Shown here piece by piece: positions 38,581 to 50,059 of a stretch of DNA of 64,000 bases; the first letter of the stretch is position 1, and every line of letters starts with the position of its first letter. Origin of the DNA: Mobula hypostoma (lineage: Eukaryota). Position numbers and translations under genes: made by a program. The stretch covers positions 126,978,001 to 127,042,000 of the forward strand of contig NC_086097.1 of assembly GCF_963921235.1 (NCBI RefSeq), in the 5' to 3' direction. The notes under the pieces were generated by a model that was not told the DNA's origin, ran no database searches, and saw nothing but the letters and a program-made list of their open reading frames with translations.

Positions 38581-40689
38581 GCTGAATCACATAGCATTAC
38601 ACAATCTAATTTCTATTTTTTTAAATGTTCATTGACTTTAACTTGTATCATATATGCACTTTATTGTCTGTTAATTTACTTGTGGTAATATTACTATTAC
38701 ATGTGTGAGTTATGTGTACTGTGTTGTCCACCTTGGTCCAGTGGTATAGTGTACAGTTGAATGACAATAAACTTGAACTTAACGTACAGATTATAAAGCT
38801 TCATTCTTGGTCCTTTATATGTCTGCACTGCTACTGCGTGGAGTTTTCCAAAACAGCAGTGTAGTGTCTAAGGACATGCAATATACGCCTAAATGCTGCA
38901 CCTGTGATTGTCAACTATCCACATGTGGCCCACACTGTTCGCAGACTGTTTGTGCATGGCAGAACTGCTCCCCACTAGTTCAGAATTGCTCCCTACAAAC
39001 TAGCTGACCTACTCCTCTCTTCCTCTTTGCCACAGATATCACCAGATTTTCGTTGAGGCAAGTTTTTCGAGGTTAGCTGCTACTTTGCCGCAATTCAAGT
39101 ACTGGATTATGGAAACATCCACCATACAAGCACACGTCTCACTTTGTGGGAGATTGAGATTTCAGAACAAAAATTTAAATTCATGAGTTTTGATCCGTCT
39201 TTGTCCTTTGATGTGGAAATCTAGTTCTACCTTATCCAACAACTTCATTTCTTAGTGATGGCCTTTGTAAGAACTTCTCTTTTACTCCTGCCTGCTGGCA
39301 CACAGCATTTGTGATGTTGTAGACTGAGCAACCAGACACATTGAAGAGCTGAAACGCCCAGATGTTACTTTGCATGTTTAAGTGTTGCATAGGGGCTAGA
39401 TAAACCTTGGAACTTCCTCATGGAGCACAAAAACATATCCCTCCATCCACTGATTCTTTGCCCCTCATTGTGCACCTGACTAATTCTTTGCTAATCAAGT
39501 TGTCTTCTCTCTGCTTGCCCATCAGTTTCCCCCAGATTCTGCCTGTCATCTGCATATTTGAGGCAATTTACAGCACCCAGTTATACCTGAGATTGAACCT
39601 GAGATGTGGGAGACAAGCAAAAGCACCCTGAGCAAACGCCCACATGGTCACAGGGAGACTGCACACAGACTGCCCTGGGGTTGACACTGAACGTGGTCAC
39701 TGGAGTCATGAGGTAGCAGCTCTGTTAGTGGCACCTCCATGCCAATGCCAAAACTGAGGATCTCTTCTGGGCCATGATGTGAGAGAAGAGCCGCTCCCTA
39801 GTCAACAGGTTGTAGGTTGTCAGAAGCAGTAGAAAGGGATAGACAGCCAGGAAATGATGGAATAATATTTCTGAAAAGACACGTTTGATTTAATTTAGAC
39901 TGCTTTGAGGTGAATGTGAACCAGATGTGTGTGATGATCTGATTCTAAACCTGAAATGCAGAGACTAAGAATTCTTTGTGGAGTGCACACTGTAAAATAG
40001 TATTGGGCTTGCAGCACTAAAATATGTGGATTTCTACTGCAAAATATTGATCTTGGCAAATGAACAATGTTCTTAATTCTATCAAGAAGAGTTAAAACAT
40101 ACTCAGGTGTGACCTTAACTAAAGCTAAGGAGTAACTTAACACCTTACATCTGAGTTAATAACATATTCATGTTATAACCAGTAGCAAAAGGATGTTTGA
40201 GAACAGCTTTTGTGTGCAGTTATTGGATACATTAGAAATATCAATGTATTTACTCCCTTCTTGACAAAATTGTGTTAGGTTTTATGGAAAATTAATGATC
40301 AGTTCCCTTTTGTAGTTATACATTTGTAGGATTGGTCCTGTTAGACAGCAGGGAATGAATTAGTTTCATAGTTCCAGAGCTCAAATGTTAAATGGAGTAA
40401 TCCATTAACCAAGTAAGTCACCTTCATTTGAACATACACTAAGTGTTAAGTTACAGTCGCGAAACTAACTGCCAGCTCATTCTGGAGATGTAGGTGGAAA
40501 CCAGAGGACCCATGAGGAAGCCACGGGGTCATCAGCAGAACGTTGAAATTCCATGCATGCTGCATCTGAAGTCAGGATTGAGTCCCAGTCTCTGGAGTTG
40601 TGTAAGTAGCAGCACTGTGCTATCCTGCGAGATTTGGACTCTTCATCCACGTTATGCAATACCAGCAGCACAATGCTAGAGACCTGGCC

Positions 40690-40860
40690 TCGATTTTGAT
40701 TTCCAGTACCGTCTTTGTGAAATTTGCACGTTATTCTGTTAGAAGCAGGTTTCCCCTGAGTCTTCCAGTTTCCTCCCACATTCAAAGACCTGCAGTTTGT
40801 TGGATTAATTGGTCTCTGTAAATTGTCCCCAACAAGTGGTAGAATCTGGGAGGAGTTGGT
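40690..40860 (+). mobile_element. V-domain SINE-like fragment; similar copies near 39590-39740, 40480-40620, 43270-43420 and 63630-63700
   Basis: Conserved motif gtttcctcccacatYcaaagac. Confidence 0.55.
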
Positions 40861-40942
40861 GGGAATTTAAGAATACAATGGGATTAGTATCAGAATCAGG
40901 TTTAATATCACCAGCATATACACACTCACACTCACTCACACT

Positions 40943-42230
40943 TCAAAAAGTGAGACAGGTCCTAAAAAGCAGCAAGCCAGGCAGCATCTCTAGGAAGATT
41001 TCAAACATCCTTTTGTTACTGGTTATAACATGAATATATTATTAACTCAGATGTAAGGTGTTAAGTTACTCCTTAAGCTTTAGTTAAGGTCACACCTGAG
41101 TATGTTTTAACTCTTCTTAGAGATGCTGCCTGGCCTGCTGTATTCACCAGCAACTTTGATGTGTGTTGCTTGAATTTCCATCATCTGCAGAGTTCCACGT
41201 GTTCAGGTCCTAAAAAGCCAGCTGAATGGGGAGAACAAGATCAGAGCCATCAATGCATTTGCCCTACCTGTCTTCAGATACCCAGCCACAATAGTGTACT
41301 GGCCAAGGAATGAACTAGAAGCTGCTGACATCAAGACCCAGATACTGTCAACAGTAGATAGAGGATTCCACCTGAAGTCCATCGTCGAGCGATTGTACAC
41401 CCGCTGGAGTAAAGGACGATGAGGACTTGGAAGTGTCAAGGCCAGAGACCTGGAAGAAATGCAAATCAGCCATGAGTATGTCAGCGTGACAGCCCCTAAG
41501 GACGGCCTGCCAGGAGAATCCCTCAGACAGCAGGCAGAGGACGTGGAAATGGAAGCAACAGAAGCAGGGATCAATCACACCAGACAAGACCCAAGATAAA
41601 GACTGTGCAAGAAACCCACTGAAACCATCCAGCACGTAGTAGCAGGATGTAATGCAGGCAGGGACAGCATTCACTGGACAGCACAACAACCAAGTTGTAG
41701 GAGTTGTGTACAGGATCATCTGTTTTAAGTATAGATTGGATACTCTCAAGGTCAAATGGGAAACACCCAAGGTAGTGGAGAATGAAAGAGCACAGATCCT
41801 GTTGGGATTTTCAAATACAGACTGATAAGCAGGTACTGGCCAACCAACCAGACATAGTAATACTGGACAAGGAACAGAAGAAAGCAACAGTAATAGATGT
41901 GGTAATCCTGAATGATAGTAGCATCAGGAAGAAATAATATGAGAAGCTGGAGAAATACCATGGCTTTAAAGAGGAGATAGGAAGGATGTGGAAGGTTAAA
42001 TCCAGAATAATCCTGGTGGTAACGGGAGCACTTGGAGCTCTGATTCCTGGACTGGGAGAGTGGTTCCAACAAATCCCAGGAACAATATCTGAGATCTTGA
42101 TCCAGAAGAACACACTACTAGGAACAGCAAGGATATTGCACTGAACCCTCAAACTCCCAGGCTTCTGACAGTAGACCCAAGATTGAGGGAAAAATACACA
42201 TACACATACCACCCATAAAGGGTGAGGAAA
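40943..42230 (+). mobile_element. R4/Dong-like (RLE) non-LTR retrotransposon, 5'-truncated
   Basis: LNGENKIRAINAFALPVFRY, RLCKKPTETIQHVVAGC, DFQIQTD..NQPDIVILDK..VIDV, EKLEKY, VVTGALG. Confidence 0.78.
40971..41203. mobile_element. Chimeric Penelope pseudo-LTR insertion containing an inverted copy of nearby unique DNA
   Basis: 15-bp TSD caggtcctaaaaagc (40956-70, 41204-18); 41001-41118 is the reverse complement of 40084-40200. Confidence 0.85.
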
Positions 42231-42269
42231 AGAATATATATCTAAAAAACTTAAATTACGTAAGTAGTA

Positions 42270-42835
42270 CAAAAAAGAAAAAAAGTAGCAAACTAGTGTT
42301 CATAGGTTAAATGTCCATTCAGAAATCTGATGGGCAGAGGGGAAGAAGCTGTTTACAAATTGTTGAGTGTGTGCCTTCAGGGTCCTTTACCTCCTCCCTG
42401 ATGGTAGAAATGAGATGACGACGAGTCCTGGGCGATGGAGGTCCTTAATGATGGATGCTGCCTTTTTGAGGCATTGCTCCTTGAAAATGTCCTGGATGCT
42501 GGGGACGCTAGTGCCCATGACTGAGCTGACTGAATTCACAATGTTCTGCAGCCGCCTTTGATCCTGTGCAGTGCTCCCCACGCCCCATACCAGATGGTGA
42601 TGCAGCCAGTTAGAATGCTCTTCGTGGTACATCTGTAGAAATTTACGAGAGTCTTTGGTAACTTACCAAATCTCCTCAAACTCCTAATGAAATATGGCCG
42701 CTGCCATGCCGCCTTTGTAGCTGCATTGATATGTTGGGCTCAGGCTAGATCCTCAAAGATGTTGACACCCAGGAACTTGAAATTATTCACCCTTTCCACT
42801 CTGATCCTTCTGTGAGGACTGGTGTGTATTCCCTC
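42270..42835 (-). mobile_element. Rex1-like 3' fragment
   Basis: QDIFKEQCLKKAASIIKDLHRPG..LPSGRR. Confidence 0.75.
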
Positions 42836-44151
42836 ATCATTTAATATAAATGGGTGGTTGATAATCAGTGTAGACTTAGTGGGCCAAAGGGTCTGTTTTC
42901 TGTGTTGAATCACTCTATGTCACTAAAGTGTTAACATTGAGCATTTAACATTTAAATAACCAAACTTGTATGGCCTAAAGAATGCTAGATGTTTTCATCA
43001 ATTTGTTTCCAAAATAAAATCAACAAAATTCATTTTTATTAAAACCTTGGATTGAATAATATCCCTGGTATGAACAGTTCTTCAGATATTTAGTTATCCT
43101 GATCCCCTTAGCAACTCCACTGAATGCATTTTATAAATTTAGGGTCAAACCTTCTTCCTGCTTCGCCCTGCTGATATTCATGAACATAGACGTTTAATAG
43201 GCACAACTGTGTTTAAAATATGAATTTCCCATGGTGACTGGGGATTGAAAACCAAAACATTGAAGACGATCTCGTTTGATGCTGACCTCCTGTGTGGAGT
43301 TTGCAAGTGACTGTGGGTTTCCTTTAGGTGTTCTGGTATCCTGTCACATCCAGAAATCATTCTGATAGGTTAATTGTCTGCTGTAAATGACCCCTTAGTG
43401 TAAATAAGTGGCAAGAATTAATCAGTGGAATTGACAGGCATGTGAAAGAAAATAAGTTGCGGGGCTATGGGGAAATAAGAAAGAAATGGAACTGGTGGCA
43501 TTACTCTGCTTGGACCTGGCATGGTTTTGTTGGACTGAATAGCTACTCCTGTTTTGTACTGAGTAAGTATCCTATCAGAGAGTTGCTCACGGAAAGAATA
43601 GATGCATTGTCTATACTTGAGTTTAGGTTCCATTTCGGAAGGTTTTCACAGCTGTTCTGGAATGCTGTCTTGTTTGAATTCATTGAGTACATTCCTTCAA
43701 CATTGTTTAAAAATAGGAACAATGACACACTTGTCCAATGGTTATTTTACTTAACCACCCACCCGAGTTCTGGTCCTTTGATCACATATGTAAGTTTGAG
43801 TCCAATCAGGGTCACTGGGGAATTTAAATCTGTGCAATTAAATTCATCTAGAGTTACAATTAAAGCTGGTTCTAGTAATAGCAATCATTGAAAATCCAAA
43901 TAATCAGATTTGCTCATCTTCTTCAGTTAAGGGAATCTGCTATCTTCCCTTGGTCAGACCTATATGTGAATTCCGATTCATCACTGTAATTGACTCTTAA
44001 CTACTTTCTAAGTTCAAGGACATTCAGATATACATTAAATGTTGCCATTACCAGTCATATCCACATAACATGGATGAATAAAGAATAATATTCTATTGTT
44101 GCTTCTGCTTGAATATTTCGATTTCCTAACCAACAGATTTCTTCCTTCTAG

Positions 44152-44205
44152 GGGGATCATGGTAACCCGGGTTTGCCAGGAGGAGATGGACGCCATGGAC
44201 CGATG
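44152..44205 (+). CDS. Collagen triple-helix exon (54 bp): GDHGNPGLPGGDGRHGPM
   Basis: Branch-point-like ctaac, acceptor tttcttccttctAG, six Gly-X-Y triplets, donor GTAGG at 44206. Confidence 0.92.
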
Positions 44206-45639
44206 GTAGGAATACTCTTTCTCAACTGCTGAATATGATTTATTTACTTGCTCTTCCTTCCTTGGTGGGAGGGATCACTGACACAGTGTCTACCACTGCT
44301 TTGAGCAGCTCCAGGACTTTTCCTTGATGTTTTAGTTTATAACGTGCTAATGATTAGATAACTGGAGAGAAGTGCAAAGGATTGCTTCCAAGTTTGATCA
44401 GGGATGCAGACGCAACATCAGGTCAGAAGTAGGGAGATTTGCTGACGATTGGCAGAGCTTGATTGCATTCATACCTTGGCAAACGAAGCAGCCCATGTCT
44501 GCTTTCAACAATATTCAGGCATGAGCTAATAATTGGCATGTAAGTGTGCCAGAAACATGCCAGGAAAATGGCACACGAGGGAGAGTCTAACCACAGTTAG
44601 TGGCATTGCCATTGCTGAGTCCTTCACCATCAATATCCTTGGAGTTACCATTGACCTGAAACTCATGTGGACGAGCTACATAAGTACCAGGCCCTCATGC
44701 CGTAGTGTCACCTGTTGCAGTCATCCAGAAGAGGAGACACTGAGGCAGTGTGGGAGAGAGCAGAAGCTTCTGTGGGCATGTGGAATCTGTACTGGGTTAG
44801 AGGCTGGCCCCTCTTGTCCATCAGTGTTCACTCAGTGGAGGTCAAGTTGGACCAGGACAACATCCCGTGCACCATTAATCTATAGCCCATGCTACATAGG
44901 GACTTGACTGTATGTGACTATGTTTTTCCTTCTATTAAAACTATATGTGGTATGTGTTGTGTGCTGTTGGTACTGTGTTTTGTACCTTGGCCCCAGAGGA
45001 ATGCTATCTTGTTTAGCTGTATTCATGTATAGTTGAATGGGAATTAAACTTCATCATGAAGCTTATAACTACCTGGGACGTTGTAGTACATGTGAATGGT
45101 GCCACATCTATCACCCTGAAAGTTCATTGATCACCAGTGCACATTGGCTATTGTGTGTAATATCTACAGAATGCACCCTGGTTATATGACAAGGCTTACT
45201 GCTGTTGAATTTCCCAGACCCATTTGCTCCATCATTTAAAAAAAGGATGAGGACTTCTGGTACAAAGCAACAGATCTGCAGTCTTCCCTCTATATCCCCC
45301 ACCATCCTGATTTGGAAATGTGTCACCAGTTCCTCATTGTTGGACCTAAATCCTTGAATTCCCTCCCAACTGGCACAGTGAGAATGTCTTCCAAAGGACC
45401 ACAGATTATCTTTGACAAAAAGACTTGGTTGGCCCAAGGGGTTTTTCTGTGTTGGATGGCTCTCTAACAAAGCTCCCTTTACGATATGTTTGCTGCTGTT
45501 TGTAATGGAGGAATATATCCTCCTGTACTGTTCAGAACCTCTACCCCTTCCCAATTCCACCTGACCCAATTGCCATAAAATCTCTATCCATTGAACTCTT
45601 TCTGAGTCTAATACCAGTTTCCCCTACACTCCCCACCCA

Positions 45640-46930
45640 TGCTTCTATGCCAGTCACGATGCCGATCTGACTTAATTCCATCTGCCTCCATGTGGTCCAT
45701 GTCCCTCTATTCCCTGCCTGTTCACTTGTCTGTCTAAATACTCTCCTATCTGCTTCAATTCCTTTCTTAACAAAGTGTTCCAGCTGCTTACCACTCTCTA
45801 TGTAATGAAACTTGCTTTGCACACCACCTTTAAACATCCCCCCTCTCACTTTAATACCATGTCCTCCAGTTTTGACATTTCCATCCTGGAAAAAGAACAT
45901 CTACCTTCTTTATGCCTGTCATAATTTGATTAACCTCTGTCAGGTCGCCACTGATGTTCAGGAGAGAACAATCTAAATTTGACCAACCTTTCCTTTTAGT
46001 TCATACATTCAAATCCAGGCAACTTTCTGGTGAACCATAAGTACTCTTTCCAGACCATCCAAACCCTTCCTACAGTGTGGCAACCAGAAGTGCACACAAT
46101 AATACAAATATGATCTAACCAAAGCTTTTACAGCTGAAACATGAATTCTTACATTTCATCACTTTGGCCCATTTGTGTTGCCATTTTAAGGGGCTATGGA
46201 CTTGTACTCCAAGATTCAGTAGGTGTATTTAATGTCAGAAAAATGTATACAATATACATCCTGAAGTTCTTTTTCTTTGCAGATCTTCCACTGCACATAG
46301 TACTTCTATGGCTTCTGCTATTTACTGTCTACCTTCCTCTTACAATTGACCTCCCAAAATACATCCCGTCACACTTGCCTGGATGAAACTCTATCTGCTA
46401 TTTCTCTGCCCAAATTTCCAACTATATCCTATACCCTATATCCTGCTGAATACTTTGACAACCTTCCTCACTAAGCACAAATCCACTATTTTTCATGTCA
46501 GCTATATTTTTAATCAGATCACTCATAACAGAGGTTACAGCACCCATCCTTGCAAAGCACGACAGGTCACAAACATCCAGTTTGACAGAAAACCCCCACA
46601 ATGACCCAACGTCTTCTATGATCAAATCACTTCTACTATATATCCAAGTTACCAACTGTCTGTGGGTTCCAGGTGACTTAATCTTTTGAACCAACCTACA
46701 ATGAAGGGTATTGTCAAATGCTTTACTAATGTCCATACACATAACATTCATTGTCCTACCCTCATCAATCAGCTTCATTACTTCCTCAAAAAACTCTAGC
46801 AAATTTATGAGGCAAGGCCTTCCCTGTTCAGAACTAGTAGGTTCATGCTTTTCCAAATGCAAGTAAATCTTGTCCCCAGCAATGGTTCCAATAATTTCTC
46901 TGTCACTATTGTAAGCTTCACTGGCTCATA
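45640..46930 (-). mobile_element. Degenerate CR1 RT/3' fragment
   Basis: CLINLLEFFEEV..IDEG..MDISKAFD..H.RLVQK. Confidence 0.75.
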
Positions 46931-47169
46931 ATTTCTCCAGTACATCTTAACTCCCTTGCAGCTTGCTTGAAATTCACCACCATCTAACTGTAAGCAAAAC
47001 TTATCCCAGACAGGTTGACTACGAGGTGTGGAACCTGTTGAGAACATTCCCCATATGCACTTAAGGTTCTGTACAAATTGCTATCTTTTACTTTTGCCTC
47101 TGGCGGAATTAACAATTCTCTCAAAAACAAAATGTCCTGGAAGTAATTGAGTGATGTTGTGATGAACTA

Positions 47170-47690
47170 GGTGTAAAGTCATGTTTATTGTCATGTGACA
47201 CATAGTGATATGTGCAATGACATGCTTCTATGCAGTAGTATCACAGGCACACATATCATCATTTAACCAGCATTCAAAGCAAAAGCATAAATGGCACGCA
47301 ATTCTTGTCAGGAAAGAACCCAACTGGAACAAATAGTCCACTTCAGTGGAAAGTTGTCAGAGTGGCTGTAGTGTCGCTAAACTCTTATGATTATGGTTTT
47401 GCTTCAGTTCCAGAATAGACTGGCTGAAGGGTTGAAGCTTTTCTTGAAATTAGTGGTGTGGGACTTCAGGCTGCTGTGTCTCCTCCCTGATGGTAGCCGC
47501 GAGGAAATGGCATGGTCCAGATGGTGCGGATCCTTGGATTTTGAAGCAGTGGCTCCTGTAGAAACTGCCAGTGGTGGGGAAAGATATGTCTGTGGTGTGT
47601 TGGGTCGAGCGTACTGTTGTCTGCAGATTCTTGCATTCCTGCACATTTGAGTTGTCATACCAGACCATTGATACCGTATCACAGTGATCC
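47170..47690 (-). mobile_element. Rex1-like 3' fragment
   Basis: KDPHHLDHAISSRLPSGRRH..TTNFKKSF. Confidence 0.65.
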
Positions 47691-48269
47691 AGGTATCAAC
47701 TGTGCTCAGTAATGTTGTCATAATGTAGACTATCCCATGCTGGGAAGCAATTTCAAAATAGCTGGTGACTTTGGTTACTGAATTAGCTGAACAAATAACT
47801 TTCCTAAAGAGTCAGTTGAACAATTATAATTTCTGGGGTTTTGAATATTCCACATAATGATTCACTTGCTTTGTGAATTGGCATCTAATTTTCTGTCTTT
47901 CCCTGAATTTCAAGCAATTGATGTTGTTGTGAATGTTATGATGAATTATCATAACCTAGAGCTGATTATTGCTAAGACATAGAAGTCTATGGGCCAGCTG
48001 TTGGTGAATGCATTGATATAGACTAACATGTACATGATGCACCAACGGGCCAGATTTTGTACTATATGATTCTATGACTCTAACACTATATGTTGATAAA
48101 CAACGTTTCTCTCGTGTCCTCATTAGTTTGAAAAATGCTGAAATTGGCATTTATCACTCTGTGTATGAAACACCAGGTCAGGCTTATTTTGTGGGATTGG
48201 TTGAACTCAAGAATACACAGTATATATACAATATTCTCCTCCAGTGTGTAGATTCAGACTCCTTGGATG

Positions 48270-48760
48270 AGCAAGAGATCCCAATGGGATGGAATCCTCC
48301 ATCCCCTTCTCCTATAGCCAACTCTCCTCTGCCTTCATCTCCAGCCCTTTACCTTTCTCCCCACCTGGCTTCAGCAATCACCTTCTAGCTAGCCTTCTTC
48401 ACCTCCTCCCTCTTTTTTTATTCTGGTGTCTTCCCCCTTCCTTTCCAGTCCTGAAGAGGGGTCTCAGCCCGAAATGTCAACTTTGTTCATTTCCATCGAT
48501 GCTGTCTAACCTGCTGAGTTCTTCCAGAGTTTTGTTAATGTTGATCTAAAACGTACAACTTGGGCACTGGAAAGATGAATAGGGTTTAATCCTGTGGACT
48601 ATAAATATAAAAGACAAGCAGCATGGTCCTGCTGAAGAGTCTTGGCCCAAAACATCGACTATATTCTTTTCCGTATATGCTGCCAGGCCTGCTGAGTTCC
48701 TCCAGCATTTTGTGTGTGTTGCATGGATTTCCAGCATCTGCAGATTTTCTCTTGTCTGTA
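48270..48760 (+). mobile_element. Two Penelope pseudo-LTR fragments with degenerate hammerheads
   Basis: ctgaaga...gaaatgtc near 48451 and ctgctga...aaaacatc near 48629, each followed by the shared gctgcc..ctgagtt..cagc tail. Confidence 0.7.
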
Positions 48761-49096
48761 AATCTCATTGCTACATTTGTATTCCTACCAATTTAAACCC
48801 ATCACTTTTACAGTCTTCTGTGTTTGATGGATATGTAAAGGAGCATGTTGTTTTGTTTCGAAACGCACTCGGTTATGGGCATTGTTGGAAGAGAATTCAA
48901 AGTCAAAGACAAGGTAATTACTACCTTTAATAGCATCACCGTGATCACTTTAAATTAAAATGGACTTTCTTGTTCTTTGATTTGTGTTCTTTCTTGCAAA
49001 AATTGTGTATAACCTATTTTAATTTGATTTTCTTGCGAAAGCTGCTTATATTATGCGATGTGCCTATGATGCTGCTGCAGGTTTTTCAGTACTTGT

Positions 49097-49426
49097 TGGA
49101 TACTGCCTGTTACTCGGTTTGTACTTAAGGCAGCAATGAGGGTCCTCCATCTCTGTCATTCCTTGGCCATCTTCTCTATTGTGCCCCAGGTGTGGTTCAG
49201 GGTCCTCATTTCTGCCTCTGCAGTATGGCGTCAAGTTGTCTTTGGTCTCCTGCATTTCCTCTGCCATTGAGAGGTCCACTGAAGTGCTGTCTTGATGGTG
49301 GAGTTGGCCTCTCTTCTCATCATGTGCCCAATGCATCTCCAACGTTTCCTCATGATGATTGTGCCCATGTCCTCTTGGTGACACTGAAGGAGTAGGGCAT
49401 GGCTGGAGATCTTTCTTTGCCAGAAC
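49097..49426 (-). mobile_element. RTE-like LINE 3' fragment
   Basis: RWRCIGHMMRR..TALQW..RRPKTT; 14-bp TSD ttttcagtacttgt (49083-96, 49427-40). Confidence 0.75.
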
Positions 49427-50059
49427 TTTTCAGTACTTGTGCACGTGACTTTGAATTCTCTTCCAACCCTCACCAACATTATACAGTTCCAGCTGAAGTG
49501 GGTATGAAGTCAGTGGATTGAAGCCACCATTAGGTGAGACAGTCTTTTCAGATTCAGGTCATGCTTATTTGTGTATAAAAACTGGAGAAGAGCAGACAAC
49601 CATATAGGCAGTTAGGTGCAGCACTCTGGTAGTGAAATGTGAGCTTGCTTTGGTTCCAAGTTGGATAGAGGAAATGGATTGGTAGAGCATTCCAGAGGTT
49701 CATTGGCCTCTTTAAGAAGTCCATAGAAGAGGAAAATGGAGAAGCATGTGCTCATATTTTTATTGTTTTTTGTTGAGTGTTTCTTTCACTTGCTTACATT
49801 TCGCTTTTTTGTGTTTTATTTCTTCTTCTTCCCCACCCAACTTTTCTTCCCCAGATTTTGTGTTGCCCTTGGCTACCACTTTGACCTGCCCTCTGAAAGC
49901 ATAATTGTGAGAACATTTAGTTATCCATTATATGAGAGTTGTCCATTATGAGTGTAAGTGAAAAGATGATAATAGCTACAGGATCTGTAGCTATGACCAA
50001 GCCAGTTCCATTGATTTCAATACAAGGTTGTGAATTAGTAGTGTGATCACTTGAGTTGA

